A stretch of 55,103 bases of DNA, counting the filler, from Catajapyx aquilonaris (lineage: Eukaryota): NCBI GenBank assembly GCA_000934665.2. It is 3 parts of 3 records of this genome, joined end to end, with 100 filler letters (N's around TTAATTAATTAA, not from the genome) between each part and the next. Parts side by side here need not be neighbours in the genome. Positions count along the whole stretch, not along the records: positions 1 to 18,469 come from JYFJ02006742.1; positions 18,570 to 36,788 come from JYFJ02006743.1; 1 more part is not named here. One strand, 5' to 3'. This document shows, piece by piece, positions 13,661 through 23,908 of the stretch; position 1 is the first letter of the stretch; each line of letters begins with the position of its first letter. A program made the position numbers and the translations under genes. Under the pieces are notes generated by a model. The model had not been told where the DNA came from. It ran no database searches and was given only the letters and a program-made list of their open reading frames with translations.

Positions 13661-14554
13661 AGAGTAGCAATGACTTTAGTACCAGAAAGGATGCAAATCA
13701 TAATAGCTCTAAATATTAGAAAGAGATTGCTGCTGTTGTCTAGGAATTATGTGTAAGTCTGATTGTTCTAAGAGCCTTATCAACTCAGAATCTAATGGGT
13801 GTCACCCAGTACTCTCACTGTCCTCACATTGAGAGAGCAGGAAGTGAAAGATAGCCCAAATTTATGTGACATTCAGGGAGAAGGTTGGGAAGTAAAGAGG
13901 TAGGTTTGGCAACTCTGAAAGGAAATCATCCTGGAATTGTCCTTATGGTGACTTTGGGAAACGGAAAGCCCAAGTTAGGAGAGTTACCGTTGGAGATCAA
14001 ACCACAGACCTTTCATATGATAACAAGAGAGTGCTGTGTGCTATATTTTACTGCTTGCATATAGAAAGAGGATCCAGGTGGAAACTTGCATCTTCATGTC
14101 TGGCTCTGACTTGTATATGTATTTGGAGAGGATTCAATAGTGATACATACTTAACAGATGTGAAATTACATTCCTCTAGGATGGTTTCACAATATATTGC
14201 ACCCTCCAAAACAGGTTACATGCCGTCATTCCCTGTAGTTTCCCTTTATCAACTGCTGGTAAAGAAACAATTTACAAATTTTGGTTCTAGGCCAAATTGC
14301 ATTGCATCATATAGGGAAAAAAGTTGACAGCCCAGGCTCTAGGGGATGGGCATGTGAATATCAGTCTCTGTCTGTATTGAAACAGTCAAGAATGACTGCA
14401 AATACATCTCATTAGTGCTGAGAGGAGGAAAGTGCTCTACATACACTTAGGATTGTGTGGAAAAAGGGCTGTATGACAAGTGACTTTTTGCTTGCCAAGT
14501 AAGACATTTTAAGTCTTGAAAATCTTGAAATCCCTATTGTATCCCAGTAAAGTA

Positions 14555-15507
14555 CACCCCTGTCAGAAATTATTGCATCACCTATATATTTTGTACATTT
14601 TTCATTGTAACTTTTGAATTTACTACTCAAATTTTCTGAAAAAAATTATGATGATTCTTTGCACATAATGAGTAATTACACTACAATTAAAAATATTTCT
14701 CACATTGTTATATTTATAAAAATTAAATATAATTAACGACTATTGCTGAAACACTCACCGCTGACATTGATGTGTGCTTAGATATTTAAACTATATTTAT
14801 TAAATAACTACTCTATTTTGTGATTTTAGGTAGAATATATTTGTGGCAACAATGTATTGCTAACTAATATTTGGTATTGCCACCTCTTGCACGAATCACT
14901 GCAAGGCAACGTCGTGGCATGGAAGAAATAAGCTTATCCACCAAAAGATTGTCCACTTCATGAAACCAGACACGGACAATTCTCTCCTTCAACAGCAAAA
15001 GGTACTTCGGTGGCTTCTTCATAACATACTTCCCCAAGTTGCTCCACACATTTTCTATGGGATTCAAATCCGGGCTGTTTCCAGACCACGGCAAGGTCTT
15101 GATCCTTTTCCGTGCAAGGAAATCCTTCACCTGAACCCAAAGAAGCGTAAGCATGACCTACAATTCTGTTTTGTCATGTTCAGAATGAAATAACGGTTGA
15201 ATTTGAGCAATAAAACACCTTCTTTGCACAATGACATGAGGCAGAATCATCTTGGAAGATTGCGTCCCGAACTCCCCCAAAGTGATCCTTCATTGTGGGG
15301 ATCATTTTCTTCTCCAGCATCTCCAAATACTGGACATGATTCATCATGCCGGTGCACAAATGTAGCCGGCCAACCCCTCTTCCAGTTATACACCCCCAAA
15401 TCATGACTGACTGCGAGTGCTTCACAGTCAGGGCCATTACAGTCAGGGCCGTTACAAGCGAAAGTGTGCAAAATGTACAGGTGATGCAATAATTTCTGAC
15501 AGGGGTG
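14555..15507 (-). mobile_element. Internally deleted Tc1 (DD34E) transposon retaining the transposase C-terminal half
   Basis: Perfect TIR CACCCCTGTCAGAAATTATTGCATCACCT at both ends, TA duplication; minus-strand TVKHSQSVMIWGCI...QDDSASCH and SPDLNPIENVW...RGGNTKY separated by an 88-nt GT-AG intron (15131-15218). Confidence 0.93.
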
Positions 15508-15530
15508 TAAGTTACAACTTAGAACACGGN

Positions 15531-15682
15531 AGGAGGAAAGTGCTCTACATACACTTAGGATTGTGTGGAAAAAGGGCTGTATGACAAGTGACTTTTTGCT
15601 TGCCAAGTAAGACATTTTACGTCTTGAAAATCTTGAAATCCCTATTGTATCCCAGTAAAGTAAGTTACAACTTAGAACACGG
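15531..15682 (+). repeat. Second copy of the Tc1 flanks without the element (empty-site haplotype), after a single N
   Basis: Matches 14423-14554 joined to 15510-15529 with one TA and one SNP (TTTTAAGTC vs TTTTACGTC); N at 15530. Confidence 0.9.
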
Positions 15683-16035
15683 GGAAAGTAGCACATGCGC
15701 CCACGGATGGAAGGGTCCCGGGTTCGATACCAAGGCCGGGCATTTCCCCCTTTCATCTCGTGCGGAGTTCTGTGGCATCTCCGGCTTCGTCTTGGGTGGG
15801 ATTTCCGATAGACGAACCACCCAGGGAAGCTCACAAAATGTCCACAGCACCGACATTGCATTTGCGCATTGCACTTCTCTCCCAGTCACCCTGCCCTTGG
15901 ACCAAGGGCCATTTCTACGTTGTCGAAACTAATGCTCCATCTTGACAAAATAAAGGTCCGTGCCCAAACCTCTGCCGAGGTATGTCACAATTATTATTAT
16001 TAACCCTATTGTTGTTGTTGTTGTTGTTGTTATTA

Positions 16036-16120
<85 letters not shown>

Positions 16121-16122
16121 AT
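15681..16122 (+). mobile_element. tRNA-derived SINE, family A, copy 3, with expanded (TTG)n(TTA)n tail
   Basis: B box GGTTCGATACC, shared body, microsatellite tail ~15991-16118, 12-bp TSD AACTTAGAACAC at 15669-15680 and 16123-16134. Confidence 0.85.
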
Positions 16123-16683
16123 AACTTAGAACACAGAATGGTGTCCTCTTGTGGGAAGTTCAGAAACATACATGTTGCTGAAAGGCCTGAAATTTTCTCA
16201 AGAATAACAAATAGTGTCATTTTAAAGTACTCTTTTTGGCTAACTAAACCCAGAACTGTATAGGGCTCTCATTTAATACATTATGTCAGTTCTAGTTCAG
16301 CCAAAAACATGAGGTAGTCACAACCCACTGTCTTCATGCTAAACTTACAAGTTAGTCTTAATCAAATAATAATTAGATTTTTGGGATGATATCAGAATTG
16401 CTTCTGAGGAATCTCCTTCTACAAGTACCTTTTATTTGTAGCCTGACAATTTCGCCTGAACTACCAAACTTTATCATCTCAAATATTTGGTTTGGGCTTA
16501 TTATTGTTGGTTTGTATGAGTGGAAAGGAGCCAAAGCAACTAAGGCTATCTGGCTATTAGAAGATACACAGGTGGGTCGGGCTGGTATTATGGGCTGGGG
16601 TTCAGATAAGGTTATTGAGATAAATGTTCACATGTAAGTAAAGAGCAAACTTTAAAAACTATTTTGTCACTCAATTTTAACAG

Positions 16684-17046
16684 GCCAAAACCTGAAGTAA
16701 ATATCCATGCCAGCACCAACAGCACCAGCAGCAATACCAGCAGCAGTGGTAGCAGCGGCAACAGCAAGATGCCAACTTCTTCTGCACAAGGCAAGAAGCG
16801 AAAGCGGGAGGCACCAGCCCCATCAGCTAGTTCACCAAACAAGGAAGCCAACAACAGCAAGGCTGGGATTGCCAGCTCCTCTTCAAGCTCTTCATCGGGC
16901 ATGAGCCCTGATGATCGTAAATCTAAGCGTACTCGGATTCAGACCCAGCCATATCAGAGCCCCATCCCTGAACTTACTTACCTGAGCAAACTCAAGCCTG
17001 CTGCACCTGTCAAGGCACCAGAGGAGAAGCTTGTTGTCTTCTACAG
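16684..17046 (+). CDS. Coding exon 3 of the uncharacterised protein (Ser-rich, basic NLS-like KKRKR, more complex C-terminal part)
   Basis: Acceptor TTTTAACAG (ends 16683), phase 2 completes AA+G=Lys; ends ...RTRIQTQPYQSPIPEL...EEKLVVFY AG|GTAGTT. Confidence 0.82.
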
Positions 17047-18469
17047 GTAGTTATACAACAAAAAACAAATCTATTAATTAGATCAAATATTGATATCAGG
17101 GTACTCTTAAAAGAGATTAATTGAGGCAATTGTCCAAGACCCTGCATTATCCGGCATGCCATGGCCAACTGAGCAAGTGAAGACTGAGAATGAAGCAAAA
17201 GAAGGGTTATAAATTACATTAACACCTTTTTTCACGTGGCTCAAACCCCCTATTCCCACCCCTCTCATGGACACCTGCATATTATTTGTTTAAGCCAAAA
17301 TCAAGGGTTTTGTGAAAAATCGGCAAAAAAAAAAAAAATCAATTTGAGACAAGAAGTGGGACTTTATTTTCATGAATGTGCATAAGTCAAAGACCGATTA
17401 GCACCTATAATCGAATCACGTTCATGTGTCAAAGGGCCTCCAGGGCAGCTTGACATCACGGCATTGTCGACACGATTTAGGGCGCTGGGGTCAGCCTACA
17501 ACCGTCAGATTGTACCTCAGGCTTCCTTGAGCATGTAGTTTTCGTTTGACCTAGAATTATACTTTTTGAAATCGTTTTAGTATTTTTTTGACGATTTCAG
17601 AAAGAGAACTAAAAAATTAAGCAGTTTTGAGAAAACATTTAATGAAAGTCACATAGCAGTAGTTCGAACAGGCTAATTCTTTTAGGCTGAACGATAGCGC
17701 CATGTTTGAGGATAAATCTTGTGAAGTGGGAAGTCTAGCTAAATTTTTGTGCCTGGGCAATGTCGACAGTGTCCAAATCCTGTAAACTGGGGAAAAACGC
17801 GTTGAAAGTTTAAAGTAGGGGTAACGTAACAGAGCTATAATGCGATTCAAAAAGCAGGACCGGCGTAGTTGCCTCCGCGCGGGAGCAGCACCTGATGGCG
17901 CTCATACCAGCTGGTAGGTGGGGAGCGGAGAGGGAACCGAAGGTCGTTGCCAGGCGTCCGCTCCCGACGCTCCAATTTTTTAAAATTTCGGGACGCGGTT
18001 AGCCGCGTTCGACGCAGGAAAAACCGCTTCCTTTTTATATATATATTTTTAAAAAATTGAATTGATTTTTTTGAAGGTCAATTACTGTAGTGCCCCCTTA
18101 ACCCTATGTTTTCCGTGAAATTGTTGTGGTATTATAATACCACAATGCAAAATATTTTTTTTAAATTCATTGGCATGAGGTCGATGGAAATTTCTTTCAC
18201 CATAGACTCAGGACATACTTGTAGTTTATATGTTCAAGAGCATTTTCGTCTACCCGTGATAGTTTTTTAATGGCACGACGTCATAGGTCACTGACGGTCA
18301 CCGAATTCGTACCTCGTAAACGAACACTTAATACCGGAATATATATACCCAAAGCTCCCTGCCACATTTTTCCCCGGTAAGTAGACCGTCCGAGGAAACC
18401 AATAAAAATTGTCACGAAATTGTGTAACTTACTTTTCGCGAAGAAAAAAATTCGCAAACATCAGAGTCC

Positions 18470-18569
18470 NNNNNNNNNNNNNNNNNNNNNNNNNNNNNNN
18501 NNNNNNNNNNNNNTTAATTAATTAANNNNNNNNNNNNNNNNNNNNNNNNNNNNNNNNNNNNNNNNNNNN
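18470..18569. other. Artificial contig spacer N44-TTAATTAATTAA-N44
   Basis: Exactly 100 bp; TTAATTAATTAA is palindromic and gives stops in all six frames; identical to the second spacer. Confidence 0.95.
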
Positions 18570-20930
18570 ATAGGCCGGAGACGCCCAAAAATTGTTGAGA
18601 AAAACGTGAAAAGTACGCATTTGAATGTCCATCTATTTTGACAAGCTGTACCTTCGCATTTTTCGGTTTAAAATTGAACATATACCGGTTACAAATGCTT
18701 TGGACTATTCTATTTCTGATTAGAACGATTTCAGCATAATATAGCTAATTTTGTAATTTCGACTTATGTCCATGAAAATGGGGTCTGGGCACCACTTTGC
18801 ATCGTTAGGAAACACACGTTATCCTCCAAAACTGTACACAAACAGCGACGTTGAATAAAAGTACTGGAGCGGAGGAAGCCAGTCAGTCGGCAGCAGTCGA
18901 CAAGGAAGGACCTCTTAGGCCAAACCAACTGACCTGGCTTGCCTGGCTCTGGTTTGAAAAGAATCCTTGTGTTTCATTTCAGGCTAGAGTAGTCATGGGG
19001 TCCATCCCTAACTGGTGTCATAGTTGGGCCAGCAGGTGTGCCGCCCGAGTATGCTCTGGATAGGAGGAGTAAGATATCTGGGCCATCAGAGACCTGTGCC
19101 ATCTGGATTATCCGATCCTCACCAATACCATCAAGTGCTTCCCCCTTCCCACCAGAAAGGTTGGCAGAAGTCCAAACTGGGTCGGGATGTGCCCCTAAAT
19201 AGTTAAAGATAGAGTCGAGACTATCCCTATTTCTATGTGGCTATAGTCTGGCAGAAGCTATTGTCACAGCACTAGTGTTAATTCATAGTTGGGTGTTCAA
19301 AACTTACTTAAAATTACATCAGACAGCATGATTGGAGTGGCATTAATTTCCAATATTTTCCCAGCCGATACTTTGCATGGCCAAACTTATATATTGCAAT
19401 GAGGGTTAATTATTATGGCAGGCTACCGGGTTAATCCATCCAATTCAATGGCTAGAGCGGGTTAGAGAGCCCTTGGCAGGTCTGGAATGTTGAGAAACCC
19501 ACATGTCATGACATAGGTGACAAATATGTAACTCGTGGCTCGGACTATACTCAGGGGATTTTTTGAACTACCAACCAGTAAACTTACAAGCATTGTCATG
19601 ACCAAAAAAAAGTGGCATCTGCCATGTGTGCGATGAGGTCACACTGCAGAAGTAGGAATGCATCTCCAACTGCAGTAGTGTAATGGGAAGTAACCGTATT
19701 GCATGTTGCATGTGTGGCTTTCTTCTTGATCATAGCAGTATTCACCAACAGTGACATTAATGATGCTATGAACCATGCTGGAATTTTCACAAACAAAAAC
19801 AGAAGTAATGGGTCCAACAGTATCAGATTTTAATTCAACTTATAAAAAGTAACAATGGTAGAAAAAAATAATAATACTCTTCTTAGCATAACACGTAAGA
19901 GAGCCAACAATATTACATGATCAGGCAAGGATGCTTCTTAAAGCATGCTTACTGCAACATTAGTCATTTATAACAACCATAACATTCATATAACTTAAAA
20001 CCAGTGTTACTTACTTAAAAATATACATTTCAGATCTTGCACAAACAGCTTTTCATTGATTATTTTGTACTTTAATCCTGATTTGCAACATGATCTTTGA
20101 TCTAAAATAAGATTGGTTGCCATGTAATATTGTTCATGTCAGGTACAAGTCCAAATGTTATTGTACAAAATAGTATATCAATCCTTACATCTGCAAAAAC
20201 ATGATTAACTGATGGCTGAGAAATATTCAGACACCAGAGAAATGCAACAACTCAACACATGACCCCCCAAAAAAAATCTCATGTTATTAAAATATAGAGT
20301 CAAGTGTGATCAAAACGACATACACAAAAGCACCCTCTGGACAATAACAATAAATGACCAGTGACACCCCTGAATGGAATGCAATGCTTCCTTGTACATG
20401 ATTATGAAAGGGTACAATATTAATGCGACAAAAATGGGGTGCTGCGTCACATGACCCAACAGCATTATGTCAATGTTTATTACTTTTTAGAGTTTGAATT
20501 ATCCTACTTGCTGCTTCCATGACCTGCACATAGGCAAATATTTACCCTTTCATTGTACAAAAAAATATATCCTAGCACCTGCGTGAACTTACAGCAAGAA
20601 AGATATGCAATTATTCCACAGCCAGTGGATTATTTGCAATGGGCATGTCATGTTGAGAGCATGGTGCACCATAATTTGTGACTAATACTTCCACGGTTCA
20701 ATGTGAAGTCCCACCCACTCCAGCAGGGACATATTTACCTTATTTTCATTCCCTTTTCACCTAATTCAGGTACAAATTAATTAGTGTTACTAGTTGGCAA
20801 CCATGTAGTTGTGACCAGAATGAAGCAAATTCAGTGCTTTGTCATTTCATACGTTACACGTCTTGGCCATAGATATTGGTCTTGGCAATATCACCTTTGT
20901 TCTCATGCAGTCTTGATCCACATGTGCATT

Positions 20931-23908
20931 TCAGAGAGGCCGGTTGTTGAAGGCTAGCTGAAGACCCTCCTTTGGTGTCAAGCGCTTCTCCTGCATTGGA
21001 CAGAGAAAATTGCAATTGTTAATTATGTACATTTGAGGCATGGCAATTCTATGATCTTACTGTGTCTCACTATTTTTTTTTGTTTTGGTTTGTTCTACCC
21101 CATTGGAGGGAACGAAGCCCTTTTAGGGGAGTGGATTACCACCACCTGTGCCAATTTTCCATTTTTTCTTGAGACTGCATGAAGGACATTAAGGAAGTAG
21201 GGTAAGGATGGGGGAATTGGGAGGGGACACAGGAGCACCGAGACCCACTGATGCAGGCGAAAGGTTACTCCCGGACGGGGATTAGAACCCGGGACCTTTC
21301 GCACAGCAAGCGGCACCTTCCCCATGTCTCACTATTCTCTGGCATCTTCCATGTTATGACCCTGGGATCCATTAATTGCAAAACTATGAGGGCAGATATG
21401 TATTTCCATGCTCAATATGGCTTTGAATGTTAATTCATACACTACATGAGCAGTAGTAGGGAAAATTACTCACAGGATCAACAGCCATGCACCAGAAGAA
21501 AAACTCTTCAAACTCCATGTCAGTGACGGTGGTTGGATGCCAAGGCCCACTCTGGATGGCACGGGCACGGATGCGGAAGGTTGCAGGTTCCAACTGGAAA
21601 TGTTATACGTGGTTATTGAATGGCATTGGCAAAAAAGGACTATTAAACAAAACAAAAAAAAAGCAAATTGAACAGAAATTCTACTTATCCAACTAAGAAA
21701 AATTGTCGAATTGTGCATCATGTACCTAGTTGTAATGAAAGACATGCATACCAAAATTACTAGTCATTTACATGCCAATGTGGGAGTAGTCATTCATATA
21801 GTATTTTATCACAACATTATGTTAAAGGCTGATACTTTTAAAGCAACAAATGAGTACAAAGTAATGCCATCATTCCGGTAATTTGACTTGCTTTTCAAAG
21901 TCACATTCAAAACTTGCCAAAAATGTCAGAAAGCATCTTAAAATGCAACCTAAGATGCAGCTTTTATTATCATAATACTTATCAGTCTGAAGGTGAATTA
22001 AGCTCATATGTTGTAATTATATTAATCTGCATTCCCAGCATGTAATGAAGTTACAAGAATGGTTGGAATAAGTTGATCATTTAACACCTTTGAAATGGCT
22101 TGGGACATATGAGTAAAAATATAGAAATCACATTCGCTAAAACAACAAATGAAACTACTGGTGTACTAATTAAGACCAATAGGCTAATAAGCACTTTCAT
22201 AAAATTTCCTATTAACATCTGTTATGGTACCCTAACTTACTTGCAGTGTGTACTCGTCAACACCAGTCTTGAGGTAGTACTTCTCGGTGTGTTTGCCTGC
22301 CTCGAGGACCTTGGTGGGAATGTCCCCGCATAACCTCGCCCACACCTGAAGTGTGTTGAGTGGGCTGTAGGGTGAGAAAAGCTCGCAGCCAATGCCATAC
22401 ATCATCATCCCGGACAGGATGCCAAGGGACCACATGTCAATAGCTTCATCAAAGGGTGCACCTGCGAAAAAAATACATGTGTTATGGTAACACTATATGC
22501 ACTTGAATGCCCCAGCTTTTGCGAGACACATTTACGAGAACATTTATGACCATATATCTCTTACCAACATAAATCTCTGGAGCCCTAAAGATGCTTGGCT
22601 GAATCTCTTGTCCCACAAAGGACTTGCAGTCTTCACGTTTAAAAGCCCACCCAAAATCTGCCAGCTTGACATTCCATATTGTCTGACTGGCATCTACGAG
22701 GACATTGTCTGGCTTAATGTCAGCGTGGATGAGGTGTTTCTTCTGTAAAAAAAGATCGATAAATATTAATATTATGCTAAAGAACAGGTAGCATTATGCC
22801 ATTGAGGGCATAGAATTTCTGTATGCTTGTGAGACATACTGGAAAATTGGGTCCATTGTGAAATAGCATCATTTGCTAGCTTTGGATTTGATGCAATTCA
22901 GCCGCTCACATCAGAAATATTTCCCATCTGTATCTTTCTTCTGCACTACTTTTAGGCTCCTAAGCCAGTAATGGCCGTGAATGCCAATGTATCACGCTTA
23001 CCTTCAGCCATGCAAGTGCAGATAAGAGTTGCCTGGATACGTTCGAGACCTCCAATGATGATAACATGCGCTTTGGACGGTTGCACAGAAGCTTCCACAG
23101 GTCCGTGGGCATCGATTCCATCAGCAAGCAATAGAGGTTGCCATGCCGGAAGCAGTCCAGAAACTTCACAATGTGGCGCTTCTCTTCCTCTTCCTGTTCG
23201 TCACTGGACTTCAGGTGCTTGGCTTCCTTAGGATGGGTTAACCTGAGTGGCAGATCCACGTACTGCATGAAGGCACCTTCCCTGGTGCATGCCATCTGGT
23301 CCTGCTGAGCCTTGACAACCGCCACACTCTCATCCAGTTGGTCAGCGTCAGTCCTTACACATCGAAACACCTCTCCATAACTGCCTCTTCCAAGCCATGT
23401 CTGCAAGGTGTACTTGATTCCACTATTATCCTGGACGACATTCCCAATAGCTAGTCCACTGTTGAAGAGCTGGAAAGTAAAATTGTGTCAATTTTAAGAC
23501 CTTAAATTAAAACTTGGTCATTGTGTGACCCAAAACAGGAAATGCAGTCCATGACACTGGGCCACAAATAATTAGAAATTTTGCTTCATTATTGGAGCTT
23601 GATTTGCATACAACAAAAATATGCTTAATTAAAGAGGTAAAAAGCAGCAACTCCTAAAAATGAGTCATGGCCAAAAATTTTGTGACACACAATAGCTGAC
23701 TATTCTTAATTGCATTTGTACCACTCATATCCATTTTTGGCCGTGATTGCAGATTATTATTATCCAGTTACTTCAGCATTTTAAGGGGTCAATTAAAACC
23801 TTACAAATTCTTATGAAAGTATGTAGATCGTTATTTAATGGCTTGTAAATAATAAAATTTCGTCGACAACGCGCAACTAACCTGACGTTTCTCCTGTGCT
23901 GTCGCCAT
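20931..23908 (-). CDS. Divergent HIPK/DYRK-like (CMGC) Ser/Thr protein kinase, kinase domain only, ~357 aa, 6 exons
   Basis: Exons 23908-23882, 23469-23002, 22742-22565, 22461-22241, 21593-21474, 20990-20931, all GT-AG and phase-compatible. Motifs: LGRGSYGEV, VAVVK, HIVKFLDCF, IHADIKPDN, VKLADFG, RAPE, PFDEAIDMWSLG, MAVDPEKRLTPKEGL. First exon least certain. Confidence 0.88.
21240..21323 (-). mobile_element. tRNA-like SINE head fragment in a kinase intron
   Basis: Minus strand GTGCCGCTTGCTGTGCGAAAGGTCCCGGGTTCTAATCCCCG resembles a tRNA anticodon arm plus B box; no complete cloverleaf. Confidence 0.5.

Noticed and set aside
15915..16263. Poly-Asn and poly-Leu ORFs
   Set aside because: Translations of the (TTG)n(TTA)n SINE tail microsatellite.
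17350..18800. TIR pair spanning the first spacer (ATTTTCATG...CATAAGTC on both sides), which would imply real linkage
   Set aside because: Match is short and gapped; both contig ends may simply terminate in related repeats.
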